Origin: Utricularia gibba
Taxonomy: Eukaryota; Plantae; Magnoliophyta
Length of the DNA: 64,000 nucleotides
Assembly (NCBI GenBank): GCA_002189035.1
Contig: NEEC01000010.1
Coordinates: forward strand, 744,001 to 808,000
Direction of reading: 5' to 3'
Every line of letters starts with the position of its first letter. Within the stretch, counting starts at the first letter, position 1. A model generated the notes under the pieces. The model had not been told where the DNA came from. It did no database searches and was given only the letters and a program-made list of their open reading frames with translations. Positions 34,801-49,200 of the stretch are shown here, in pieces. The position numbers were made by a program, and so were the translations under genes.

Positions 34801-37800
34801 AGCACCAGCGTACCCTTCTCCAGTAATGCAGAAGTGCAGTACACCTGAAGCTAGTTTGTTAATGGCGGAGGCAATTTGTACAACTGGAGCATCCACAGTG
34901 TCAATAGACTTCAATAAAGTGGTCCAGCAAGAAAGAAGAGGGGGTTCCTCATTCCATTCAATCACATGATCCACGAAACAAAGATGTGTTTTATATTCCG
35001 AGTCCTGAACAGTAGAAGTCTCAGCATGCTTTACAATAGAAAGTAAAGCAGCTTGGCCTTCACCGGACATGAGCATCTCCTTGAAGCTTGATATACAGTT
35101 GAGCAACTCTGTTCCAAATGACAATATCTACAGCGCATACACAGAATGACTGATGAATCTTGAAAAGAAACGATGTAAAATGAAATAAGTCAATCATCAG
35201 GCAATTAAAGGCACGATAACGTCAGCCATTACTTTGATTAAGCATAGTACAGCAAATTGTTTCAGAATAGTTGCCAAGCAGGAAAAAAAACCTGGTACAC
35301 TAAATTCAGACCATTCTAGAATTGAAATTTAAGAACATCAATACATAAAAAAAAAGTTATTTTTTTCCAATGAAATCACAAGCTATCCTGACTCCGGGCT
35401 TCAGAGCTTATTAAATATAGGAAATAAAAAAGAATACCAGGAAAAACCTCAGGATGTATGACAAGCATATGGAGCTCTCCTCAGTTGTAAGACTCTCAGG
35501 AATATTACTGTGGAACACAGGAATAAGCATTCTGTTTGTCAACGGGATAATGCACTGTATAACATCAATATAGAACTTCCTGACCTTTCACACATTCCAT
35601 AATGCTGGAAGGAAGTGCGGCAGTCATTAATTAATGAGATTGACTGGAATACAGGATTACACCAATTAAGAAGCAAAAATTCATTGTTTGCTGGAGCAAT
35701 TCCTATTGAATATTGCTTCATCTCATGGTTTGCAACTCCGATGCATCTCTCAAGAACTTTTGTTAGCATCTCAAATCCGCCCTCTTTCAAGAAAATTGGC
35801 TGTGAAAATGTGTTTTTTTTAGATTGACATTCATCTTTGCGAACGAAAGAACAAGATTTCACTTGAAAAATGGCTGATACCTTAGCATTTGGATGCTCCA
35901 GCATGACAGCAAAAAAATGAAGCAATTGGTTCACCTTTAAAAGGAAGATACATGAGCTAAGATCACCCAGATTTCAACAGAAATGCATATTCATATGACA
36001 AGTGTTGCTGTAACCTTGTAAACATCAGCATCAGATAATGTTGACGATCCCGAGAGACAGTTGGAAACCCATGATATCACAGGTCTCACCAACAGTGATG
36101 CATACTCAAGGTTAAGGCAAGCAATCCGAATCACAAACACACGTAGGATATCTTGTAATATAACTGACATCTGGTACAAACAAAAGATCACTGTTAAAAA
36201 CTTGAGAAAAGAAAACTCAGAAAAACCGGTTAACAGGGAAAGAAGAACTTCAAAATTACTCATTACAGCAAAATGTAAGCATGGTACCCAGTTGAACTTA
36301 CGCTGATAGCACAATGCAGAATAAGTTCTCCCAGTTTCTCAAGTTTAGGAACGAAACTGGATAGAAGCTTCTCAGCATTCCCAGGCATCAGGTGCCAATT
36401 AACTTGCCTCTCCTTCTCTGGCCCCAATATTGATCCCACTGAAATTGTTCGTAATGGGTACATCAAAGGTATTCCGCTCTTCCAACGCCAAGTACCCTCA
36501 TTTGGCAGTAAGTCATTCTTCAAGCGGAAAGTTGGAGCAGACTCAGTTTCAGGTAAGGAGCAATGAAACTTTAATACTTTTCTGAATATTACCAAAAAGA
36601 AAAAAATCATGTTGTCACAATACCAGAAGACAAAATAAACTGCAGATATCTTTGGGTCCAAAAGCCAACAGTGAAGTTGCATGAAGATTGTCAAGGAGGA
36701 ATTGGACAAGACCAGGGGTCCAACCATAAACTGGCCAAAAAGCCAACGCAGAAGCAAGTAGATGGCAAACAGCTGTGATGCCAGGTGCAACTTCAGGATA
36801 CGACTGGGAGAAGTCTGCGGCACAGACAACTAATTTGGAGCTAAAAGTAGAAGGTTTATGTCAGTTACCTTGTCCATACACATGCAATTAACAGTGATAT
36901 GAAATGAACATGCTACCTCACTTCTCTGTGCAACTGTAGGAGTGCGTTCATGAGGTTTTTATTCCGATGTTGCTCCTTGGCTTCCTGACAGAACAAACAG
37001 CATGATTGAATGTGTGTATCATGCAAAAATCAATCCCAAAACGGACAAACTTGACTGGTTTTAAGACAGTATCCATCATTTAAGAATTCCTGGAAACTAC
37101 TTAAGTTCAGAAACTATTGGGGACCAAAGCAAGCAAACTGAGTTTTACAGTCTAAAATTGCAAACCAGGTGCAGGAGCATCATACATTGTGCACTGATGG
37201 GATCTTTCACTTGATCACTAAAAAAACTATTAACCCCAACTAAAAACAGTCAGTGGATAATAATCATGGATCAATATATGGAAGAACATATTGGTGAAAC
37301 AAATACCAACTACAAGATTACAACAAACTTTAAATGATACAATAGTAGATATCCCTACTCCACGAAAAGACTAAATATACCTTCAACTTTTGCAGGAGAT
37401 TGACCAACAGCACTAGTGAAGAAGTCAACAGATCATATAGGCACTTCTCGCGATTGCGTTCCAACAGAAAATCAGAAGTAGAACTGCCCTCCAAACCATC
37501 ATCAACAAGAAAATCTGACAAGGGAACTAACATCTTTCATATACATTTAACATTCAACAGTCCTAGAACTAAAACAACGAAGGCTTTGATTGAATAGATG
37601 CAGGTCTTTCAATACTATATTCATATGGATATGCCATATAAGATATAACAAAACCAAAAAGCGCAATATTCAAAATATTTTATTCTACAACAACCATCAT
37701 TAGAGAAGGTTAAAAAAGGATGGATAAAATATACACTGATGAAAATTTTCATTACAGAAAAATGTCCCAGTACACAAGTGCAATATTAGCACTCCATTGC

Positions 37801-40800
37801 ATGCAAACTTATTAAAGATCAAGGTCAAATTATTAAAAAAAGGATACAAGGATAATATCTAATTTATAAAGACAGTTATTATAAGTGCAAAGATACCCAC
37901 CGTAAACATTGGATGACCTCTCAAGCATGAGCCCACAGTTTATAATAATAGCATGCACAACCATCACAGCACCTTCATCATACAGAGCAGCAGCAAGAAC
38001 CTTTGACAAACGAGATGTATTAGAAATGTACAGAATGGGATAAAAAATAAAAAACCGAAACACCTGATTATCTGACAGAAATCCCAAAATTCGTAAAGCT
38101 GTTGCAAGCTGGGCAATCGAGGAATCACGAAGAACAACACCAGTAAAGTCCTTCTCTGTAATACGTTTCCCAATTAGATTATCTATAACGTTTCCATCAG
38201 AACCACTGGATGAATCTCCAACCATATTATCAACATCTACAATGTCAGAAGACAAAACACTGTTTGCAGCCATGTGCAAATCCCCACCAGAAACCAGAAC
38301 AGCAGCGTATCGCAAGAGTCCAATGACTCCATTTCTGTGGTACACAACACCAGCATCTATCCATTCCAAGAGTCGTGCAGGTGAATCTTTCTTGTTTGAA
38401 CCAGGAGAGGAGGAGTGCAATGCCATATGCAATTCATTTGCAAGACATATCCAAGACTTAAATGAAGCTACAGTTGAGTCAGTAACAATAACTTCAAAAA
38501 TCTCAGCAGCTGAGTGGACAATAGCGAGATTCAAGGGAGATATTCCTGCTGGTAAAACTTTTTTGCAATTATAAAGATATCCATTCACCATAATCTTTAC
38601 AAACTAAAAAGGTACCAGTGTTTGAAGTGGCAGGATCAAGTTGCTTTCCACAGGTCAAAGCATTCATCAAGACACTTATAGCCTATAGCATTGCGTAACA
38701 AGAAAAAAAAAGAAATTATTAACAAAAATGAAAGAGGATCAAGTGCACAAACTTCTAGCAACATTAACGATCTCCACAGCAAAATCCAACTGAGGATTTC
38801 CGTGACACTTATTACTGATATACCTGACTCCTTGTAAAACATTCATAACCAGAAGCAAATAAATAAAATAAAATAAAGAAGAAAAGGATAAAAAATCAAC
38901 ATCACTAATTTTACAAGAATATGGGGTCAAGATTTATGTTCGTCAATGAGAAAAACAAACAAATGTACCTCAGGGAAATTCACTATAATCAGCATTGCCT
39001 GGCGCCCACACTCTGACCTAGAATATGAATATCAAAGACTTTTGAAACCGAAAATGATAGGTTATATGCTACCAAACAAAGCAATAAAAATTAGATACCT
39101 CGATATGCGACAAAGATCCCGTAGCACCCATAAAAATTCTTCAGTGCTGGGAGTCAACTCACACAATCTATCAACGGCACATAACTGGTATTTGTAATAA
39201 AAAAAACAAACTTCTTTATGAAGACCCAGACATAAGTAGGTTAGAAACAAGAAGCAAGACCATGGGGAGGAAGAACTCACCATTGCCATGTGCATCTCAA
39301 GCATAAATCCAACTTCTTGTGGCGGACAAAAAAAACCTTTAGACATCAAAATAGAAGCATAACGAACTGAAAAGCTGGCTTCCTTATGAGTATCCTCAAT
39401 GCCCCTCAATGCATAGACAATGATTGAGAAAACTTCAGGTTCATGCAGCAGAAAATTTAATCCTGAAGTAACAGGCAAAATAGTTGTCAAAAATTTTCAA
39501 TGGCGCATTTGAAAGGACACTAGATCAAAACCTGAGCGACAAAAGAGCAACAAAATAATTATTCCTTCAATTTGCAATACTAGATCCAAAAATGACTCCA
39601 GAGAATGCCCTGCTTCGGAGTGTAGCACTAGAGATGACAGCAGTGCAGCAGACAAAGGAAGGAAACCTCTCTCCTGTTACAGAAGTTCAAAATCAGCCAG
39701 TACATAACATTTGAACTTGATGGTACATAGATGGTGGAAAATACAGTAAACAGATTAACCAGTTGGAATACTGTAAGATAAATGAAAATCTGAGCATGAA
39801 TGAGGTTCATTGGACAACCTTCAAAAGTGCAAGTAAACGTGAGTCAATCTCAGAACTTAAGAAACGACAGGTTGACTGATCAATTATGCTAATGGTAGCC
39901 TTATAAGTCAATTGACAATCATCACCAGCAATGAGATGTCTCCTGGCAGCAGCCAAAGGAGAAGCATCATCAAATGGACCACTTGAACTCAACAGTTTCT
40001 GCAAGAAAGCACAATAAACGCAAGCATTGTCGATTAGGGTGTAACCAAGGAAAACATCAAAGCACTAGTTGATTCAATAGTTTCAATTTATTTTGTTCAG
40101 CAACCACCACAGTTTCGGACAAGAAAAACTAACCGATAGTTTTTGAAGATGCCCTCGAGCGGTGGAAAGCAAGTCCAATGTAGAGTTCACAAACAGATTT
40201 GTAGGCAGATCCCCTAGTATAGACAGAACTGAGTGCTGTATGTAAGACACAAAGGGCTTTCAGTACATAATTCCATACACAACAGAATAACCAGCGCTTA
40301 CATCAACATCAAAAACACATTTTGAGATCAAAATACACAATGCACAACAAGAAAAATAAAAATATCCACACTGCAATTGATGTGGTTAATTGGGGCATTC
40401 CCAGCTTCCACCATTCACATGCAGCACAAGAGAAAAGGCTTAATTCTATTAAAATTTCTAATGTTGTCGGGCACAACAGCATAACTTTACATATAAAAGC
40501 TCATGCTGCTTGTGTTCTGATTTCAAACATATCAATTTTTCCTTATAGCACGTTCATAGAAGACAAAAAAATGAAGCATGTACCTCATATCTACAAGCAA
40601 CTTCATAAAAACGAACACGGTTAAGTATTTGAGTCGCAAAATAAGCAATATCATGTCTTTCAGACTCCAATAGCAGCTTTAACACTTGATTATAGCCTTC
40701 ACTAGTGCAAGATGGTGGGCCTTCATCTCCCCGGGGCCACCAACCCAGGAAACCTTCACATCCAATTGAATGTTGTGTAGCCTGGTCAACAACTCCAAGA

Positions 40801-42938
40801 AGCATTAGTTGTAGACTAGCAGAATTCTTCATCTTGTTCGTGAATATCTCCATCAGATGCTCCATCCCGCCAGAAGTAACAAAATGGAAACAGCTTTCTC
40901 TTGCAGAGCATAACAAACGAGCCACACTCAGCCACATAATCATATTCTTTGTCTGTTAAAAGACAATAAACCACCTTTGAATGCCCATGATTTGTGTACG
41001 GGAAAATCAGAAAGGTCAAGGAAAAAATATAGCTAAAAATCTTCTACCTGTGAGAGATACGAATATCCAAATATGGATCCACGACAATCAAAGTGATTAT
41101 GTAGATCAATTACCAACTCCTTGGATGTTGGGCCAACACCCTCCATGTCAAGAAGCATATATTCTGAAACCTCAGTGGAGGAATTGTTTAACCCGTTTTG
41201 AAGCATCTTTGCGACATCCCAAAGTTCTTTACTGAGTTCAGAAAAAACACAGCCATCTTCGCCACTATCTGATCCGCAGGCACTATTTGATTTTGTATCA
41301 GAAGCTTTTTCAGATGAGTGAACGCCTACAAAGGTTGAAGAAACTGACAGCAACAGACTGATCACTTTGTCCGCTGCCTCTTCAAGAGATGAAGAATCCA
41401 AAATTTTAAAAGTTAAATGCAGAAATTTTCTTAATTCAAGAGAAAGTTCTAACACAACAACTGTAGGAGATATTATTCGTAGAGGAGACACAAATTCTTT
41501 AATTGTCAGTGCAGATGGACGGAAAGCTGAGGGCAAGTCCTCTTGGTTCCCATCAACGTTACTAGCAGTATTCGTCAAAGAGCTGTCTAAATCAACTTCT
41601 ATGTTAAACTGGCCCAAATCTTCTGCTGTATTGCCATATACTACCATGCTTAGACTGCGATAGCTGCCTCTCACAACCAAATGACTTGTAACAATAGCCT
41701 GCACGAAATAAGGTAATAGAAAATTTCTATTAGAAGGAGCATCCCGAAGTTATGAACTCAGGTTATAAGAGAAATATAATACAGTAATCAATTTACAGCA
41801 TTTCATTGTATAACTATTTGTCTAACAACAATGCAGCAGAATTCATCTGCGCTGTATTGAAAATTATGTCATGTGGGGGCAACATGGAGTACAAGAAAAG
41901 CAGAATGTTACTGCCAGAATGAAGAATGAGAATTCAAAGAATCACATTCAAAAAGGATTTCCATCAGGCTCAGCCACAGAAGATCCAGCTCTCTTGAGCA
42001 GCTATTCACCCAATCAAAAAAGCTCACACGGAAACAGATGATAATACAAATTATACTTTGTATATCACAGAAAGGCTCATATGGAAATATTAGAACTTAA
42101 AACACATGGTCCATTAAGGCAAACCCTGTTGGTGAAGGATTGAATAATTTTATTAATTTAGTAGATTCTTTTTTTTAACCGCTTAGCTGCCATTAATACA
42201 TACCTCAATTTCCAGTACATTCGATGATGACTGAGAATAAAGCAATGGCAGGCACAGCCGTCGAAATCGCGCCTCCCCTTCACAATGAATAAAAATCTCC
42301 AGAGCAAATGATGGAGGTGAGGTAGCCCTTCACAAAAAGGGAAGAACCTTCCCGTCAGGGGTTTTTCACATTTTTTTAGGATACAACTGAAAATAAATGT
42401 ATGCTTCACATACCCCACGAGCTTTACTGCAGAACAAGAAGATGGCACATTTTGCTCAAGAAATTCACAAGCAGTTATGACGACAGGTTCTGAGAACAAC
42501 ACCTGCAGAACGAGAAAATAGCCGATTAGTTCACAAAGAAAATGAAATAAAATCTTAAAAGCGTTGAGGTTTACAGATATATACTAATTTCTAGCATCCT
42601 GAATATTCTTGTTTGGTGAGGCCATGAGCAAAGAGGTGATCTCAATATTTCTTAACCTTAAGCTCGTACGAAATTATAACCATTAGCATATTTAAGCTAA
42701 CTACAATTCGTTCTAACAAAAGCGGTGATAAGAGAAACGGTACATTCACAAGTACACTCTGAGTTACAGATCATGACGGAATCCCCACAAAAGAGAAGGT
42801 AACATAAACAATGGGTGTAAACGAGTTGAAGAAACACCCAGATGTATATCTAGGATCAAATACCTCGTCGACGTATTCGTCAAGCTGAGAGTGAACAAAA
42901 GTGTGAGCATACAGAACGCAGGGTTCTGGTCGGCCCAT
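31896..42938 (-). CDS. VIR: VIRILIZER (VIR/EMB2016, KIAA1429 homolog), m6A writer complex subunit, about 28 exons, with one apparent frameshift at about 32585
   Basis: Exon 1 (42938-42864) MGRPEPCVLYAHTFVHSQLDEYVDE, then VLFSEPVVITACEFLEQ, GATSPPSFALE, VRGSYRSLSMVVYGNTAEDLGQF, IGCEGFLGWWPR, GISPLNLAIVHSAAEIFEV, RRDAFRQRKPNTSRPPSMHVDDYVARER and EYFRSPEAIQ|HLLSDRDKLCQLLEQHPKLLEMLQ|DRLAQQ* (last exon 31916-31896). I traced every junction as GT-AG and phase-compatible. Confidence 0.95.
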
Positions 42939-43298
42939 GATTATACTCTCCCAGAAAGCCTGAAACTTCTTCTGTGTCTCAGAACAGAACACCGGCAGCC
43001 GGCGAACGGGGTGAGGTCCCCGGAAACTTACCGTCGATTCCGTAAGGAATCAGTAGAAAGTAGAAACTATTTTTCGAGCCCTAACTTTTTGACCGTTGTA
43101 TACTTGGGCTGAGGTTTCGTATAAACCAAATCGTTGGCCCATTGACACCGTTAGGTCCAAACCCAAAATTTGATGAGGAAATTCTGTAACGGCAGTTGCT
43201 TTGTGATTTGGGACTGTGATTGAGGACGAGTCGCTGACCGACCGGAGACTGATTGCTTTGAAGGTATCGCCGGCTATTCCCTCTGGAAGAGAGGGGCG
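42939..43298. promoter_or_regulatory. Bidirectional promoter / 5' UTRs shared by VIR and TRS85
   Basis: Only 360 bp between the divergent ATGs (42938 and 43299). Site II motifs TGGGCT 43105-43110 and GGCCCA 43136-43141 lie near the middle. Confidence 0.7.
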
Positions 43299-46200
43299 AT
43301 GGCGGATCCGGCGAACACCATGCTTGGTCGGATGCTGTTGGACAAGATCACTCCGGTGGTTATGGTTCTCAGCACACGGAATGTAGAAGATTCGTGCCGA
43401 AAGAATGGATTGTCGCTGATTCAAATGCTTGCTCCATTTTGTAATTTTGACAATGTTGACGGTACTGTCTGCAAACCTCGGATGTGACGTTTTGTGATGT
43501 GATTGGTTGTATTTTTTCTTGATCATTTCTGTCTTGATTTTCAGTTCCTGTAAGGACAGCTAATGATCAACCTTACAGATTGAAGAAATTTAAGCTGAGA
43601 CTGTTTTATGCTTCAGAAATTCGGCAGCCAGACAATGAGGTATGTAGTGCACCCATGCACAATTTTACTCAGAGGGGATATCAGCGTGCTCGCTGAGACA
43701 GTTTTCTTTGGTGCCCATCTAGGCTACCAGGGAAAAGCTAAAACAAGTGGTCAGTCTTGCTGGCGAAGCTGAAGTAAAAGAGCCGTCTTTAGATCCCTTG
43801 AACCTGGACATGGTACCTTCATGGTTTCAAACTTTTAACGGAGAGATTGTGGACGCCGTTTCCTTTTCAGAACATGAAGCTTTTGATCATCCTGTGGCAT
43901 GTAAGATTTTTTTTTTACCAAGGAATTCAGTAAACTGGAAACAATTTTTCACTTCTTGTTGCATCATTAAGGACGTATAAAGAGGTTCATCTTTAATTGC
44001 AAAACTTCATGCGATGCAATAGGTCTTGTTGCTGTCTCCTCAAGGGATGAAAACCCAATTGGAAAGTGTGTTGACCTCTTCAATTCAAGCCAATTGCCAT
44101 CTCTTCTTAATGATGGTGCAATGGATCCAAAGATTTTGAAGCTATTTTTTCTATTACACGATAATCAAGATGGCGCACCTGAAGTGTAAACCGTGCTCTA
44201 TTTCTATCTTAGTTTTATTTGCATATAGCATACCTAAGTTTTTCTATACTTAATATCATGCAGAACTACAGAAATTTTCTCTGAAATGAGGATAACTTTT
44301 GGTACAAATGCTTCTCATTTATTGTGTATAAATTCGTCAACTGATGGCATGGAACAACATCAAGAAAATCCATGGTCTCTTTATGTAAGAAAATAACAAT
44401 TTTAAAATGTTACCATCATCATCTTCTACTCTGTGATTTCATACTCATTTTTCATGCTTTAAGAATCTTGGCCCATCGGATGACAAGAAGCTTGGATGCT
44501 GCCTCAATGTTGATGACATAGAAGAGGTAAAGTGTTTCCAGATATTAACTTTCTTATTTCTTTTTTTTTTTTTTATGGTTTTTTATTTTCTGGAATTGTT
44601 CTTTTTGCAGTTGAGGAATATTATGCATGACATATCATCTAAGCGCATCATACCCCACATGGAGGTCAAAATCCGTGTACTTAATCAGCAGGTATGGTTA
44701 CATCTTTTAAGATACTTGTTGGTGGGTGATGTTCTTGATTTAGTGCGTTTTCATTTCTTTTCTTTTCAATACTAATGCAATCACTATTCTGATTTTGAGA
44801 AATATTTTTTTAATTAGATTTCAGCAACCAGAAAAGGTTTTAGGAACCAGATAAAAAACTTATGGTGGAGAAAGGGGAAAGATGATGTTGTAGAAAACTC
44901 AAATGGCCCATGTACGGTTGCCTTATTTTTATTTACTGTAGCTCTCATTGTGTACGTCTAATGATTATAATGCATATTATTTGTTTGGTTAAACACCACT
45001 ACAGGTATACTTTTAGCTCTGTAGAATCTCAGATTCGAGTTTTGGGTGACTATGGTTTCATGCTACATGACTATGAACTGGCCCTGTCAAATTATCGACT
45101 AATCTCCACAGATTACAAGCTCGATAAGGCATGGAAACACTATGCTGGTGTTCAGGTTGTGTATCCCTTTTGTGATTGAATCCCCATTTCTGCTGCTAAG
45201 ACTTCATTTTTAATGGGATTGTTTAAACTTTAATCAGATGCCCTTTATTCTTCTTATGATTATGATAAGAGTTCTGATTGGCAGGAGGCGATGGGGTTGG
45301 CCTACTTTATGCTTGATCAGTCCAGGAAGGATGCTGAGTACTGCATGGAAAATGCCTTCAATACTTACTTGGTCAGAATGGAGACATTCTTCTTGTATTT
45401 ATTGGATCAAAATGCGTGCTAACTTTTTCTGAAACGATATAATACCTTTTCAGATACTTTCATTTATGCATTCTGATGTATAACGTGATGCTGTTTCTTA
45501 AACAATCTTTAGCTTCAGAAAACTGGACCATCAAGCATCCAAAGTGCCATACGTTGTGGTATCTGGTGGGCTGAGATGTTAAAGGCGAGAGATCAGTTTA
45601 AAGATGCTGCAGCAATCTATTTTCGCATTTCTGGTGAGGTAAAACGCACAAGTACTATGTTCAACTGAGAGGTGGCTTTGCATTACATGAACTTATATAA
45701 TTTCCAGGATCCACTGCATTCTGCAGTGATGCTTGAGCAAGCATCATGTTGTTACTTGTTATCTACACCATGCTTGATAAGGAAAGGTGGATTCCATCTT
45801 GTTCTTTCTGGACAGCTTTACAAAAAATGTGAACAGGTAGTGTTTCTCAACGAACAAATTGATTTGCTCATTCTTGATAAATGCGTGTATGATCTAAAAA
45901 TTTCGTAAATGCCAGATAAAACATGCCATCAGGACATACACATATGCATTGTCCATCTTCAAAGCCACCTCTTGGGGCCACATGAAGGATCATGTCCACT
46001 ACCATATTGGAAAGTAAACACAGGAAAAGGATCATGCTATTATTTTAATTGTAAAAATTAGAAGTTTTGCTTCTAAACTTCAGAATATGACAGATGGTAT
46101 GCTTCTCTTGGAATGTTTGATGAAGCTATTACACACCTACTGGTGGTCTTGAGCTGCAGTCATCAGTCCAAGGCAACTCAAGAATTGTTCTTGAGGGACT

Positions 46201-49200
46201 TTCTTCAAATTGTTCAGGTTCCATTGGTGGATATCCATTTATATTTTTACTCCCTTTTATTTTTTACTTTTCTGAACTTCCCTATGAAACTGTGATTTGA
46301 GGTTTAAAAAAATTATTTTGTTCTGTACCTGGAAATTAGAAGCTCAAGCATGCTACTCTGAGCCGATTTGCTGTAAACATTTTTTATTAAAATTAATGGA
46401 AATTGCATAAACAACGTGATGTATAGTTTCTTCCATATTTATCCTTCTAAACACTTTTGCTTGCTTCCACTTGTCTCTTATTGGACATGATGCAGGTCAT
46501 CTTCTCCCTTACGCACTGTATTTTGATTCTTTTTGTAAAAAAAAAAAGGATTTGACTCTAGTTTACTATATTATGCAGGAAACTGGAAAAAAAATTGAGC
46601 TACCAAGGCTTCAGTTGCCAGTGGTCCTTCCACATCTAATAAAAGTTGTCTATGAAGATCATCGAACTTATGCATCCCCACAAGCTGTAGGTTTTACGAT
46701 TTTTATAAATCACAGGATTAATAGAGCATTGCAGTGAAAAAAGAAATCATATTATTTTCATTTGAAATATTGCTAAAAATGTATTCACATATTTTTGGGT
46801 TCATATGCACATTTTCGTTCATGTTTTTATTTTTATGACTCATGTGCCTCAGTTTTGTGTTGTGCAATCATACGAATGATCGTATAGCACCTGTTGGAAT
46901 TTGTGTTTCATACTTGAGTTCTTTGCAATGTCAGAATCCTCACCAGATTGCATGGCTCTTTAGGATGAAACTAGGATATTTTAAAAATTTGTCTTTACAC
47001 ATTGATGCATAGCCTGCTGTTTATATGCATCTCTTCTCTGTACATGGAATAATCAGGCTTCGGTAAAAGAAAGTTTGTGGAGATCTCTGGAGGATGACAT
47101 GATTGTACTGCCATCATTAGTGAAGGCCAACTGGCTGGAGCCCCAAGCAACCCCTTTTCCAAAGAAGTACCAAAAATCAAATGTTTGTGTAGTTGGAGGT
47201 ATGAGGCATCACTTTGATTATTTTTTATTTATTTATTTTTTCAAAAAATAAGGTATCAACCTGTGGATTATAAAAACATTTTTGTTCTAAAATTAATCTG
47301 GGATAATATTTAAGGTTCTTTTAGGCAACTTTTTTTTTTTTTTTTGTTTCTATTCTTAGAATGAACTTCTCAAACAGTTTTTATCTTTTCCCTTATTTTT
47401 TTCATAGTAAGTTATTTATTGGGTGCATCTTAATGTTTACAAGTTTTGCAGAAAATATCAAGGTGGACGTTGGTTTTAGAAACCCTCTCCAGATTCCGAT
47501 TTCACTCTCAAATGTTACATTAATCTGTCAGCATTCAGTGAAGAAGGACAAAACTGAACCAGGTTCTGTTCCACTTCTATCCTTGTCATACAATTGCTTA
47601 TTGAGATGACATTGATTCTGACTGCGGTCCCCTTTTAATGTATTATTTTAGCAAATTATTCTAAATCTATATAACGTTGCAGACACAAATGGGCCTCCTT
47701 TCGAAAACCACAGTCAAAATGGATTGAGAATTGTCAGCGGGTATGGACTTTAAGCACCAACTATTTAGTTGTTAAATTATTTCTGCAGTTCTGCATAATG
47801 GTAGAAATTAATCTTCACATTTCAGGGAATTCTGCACAGACACATCTTTGTTTTCTTTATCAGAAGTTGATATCTGCATTCAAGGGTGTGAAACTGTAAT
47901 GGTAAACAATATTACCACTAATCAGCTACTGTTTTCAGATTCTTCAGTGTTATTTGCTATTTTCCTCTTTGCTTTTACATTAGGATCATCATCTTGTCCT
48001 TCTACCCCTACAGGTCCAGCTCACTGTTACCCCAAAAATGGAGGGCAACTTAATATTAGTTGGTGTTAGGTGGAGACTCTCTGATGCAGTGATTGGAACT
48101 TATGAATTCAATTTTGATGTCACAAGAAGAAAACTTCCTAGAGGTAAAAGGAAGAGTGGAAGTATTGCAAGAGATGACACACAGTTTCTGGTGATTAAGG
48201 TATCTCTCATGTCCGTGTATAAGATAATTTTCCAAGACCCCCATTTTTCTTGCACATTTTGGATTGAATGTTTGATATGCAGAGTCTTCCCAGGGTCGAG
48301 GGTGTAATTAATCATTTGCCTGAAAGGGTTTATGCTGGAGAACTTCATTGTCTTACTCTAGAGTTGAGAAATCTTTCAGAAATATCTGTGAAGGTATTTT
48401 TATGACACATGGACTTTTAAGTTTTTCACTGGAATGCAGGATATGGCGAGAGGAAATATGTTTAATTTATTGTCCATATCATCTGCTTGCAGAACTTGAA
48501 GATGAGGATAAACAATCCAAGATTTCTTGCAGTGGCTGCACAGGAAGTTAGGGGCATGGAATTTCCTTCTTGCCTTAAAAAACAGATTGATTCGTCAAAA
48601 ACTTGCATGCAATTGAATGGCGATGAGTCACACGGTTTATTTGTTTTCCCAAATGTTGGTGTCTCCACCTGGTGTAGACTTCTCTGCCATGATAGATTTG
48701 GCTATATCTAATTGAAGTTGGCTTTCTTTTGCAGATAACAATTTCTAATGAAACACCACTTCAGTGGAATCTTTGGTTCAGGGCCGCAACATCTGGAAGT
48801 ACTTCACTTCTCATTGCAATTTGCTATGAAACTGAAGATGGAGATTCACCCATAAAATATCGAACTTTACGCATGCGATATGATCTGGAGGTATATTCTA
48901 AAAATGATACAACGAGCGTGGCCTGTATTTTGTATCTGCACATAATATGTTGTAAAATTTTAAATATAATGGGTGCAATGAGCAAACTAACTCCTTTTTG
49001 TAATTGACTCGTTAACCTGGTATTATTTATTTGATAGCTTAACTTGAATCAATAGCAAGTAAAAAAGGTTTATGCTTTGGGGAATTCAACTCAGCATTGA
49101 TGTGCAAATTTCATCCTTGACTTTAGGTGCTTCCATCTTTAGAAGTATCATTCAAAACTAGCCCTTGCCCTACCAGATTGCAAGAGTTACTTGTTCGCAT

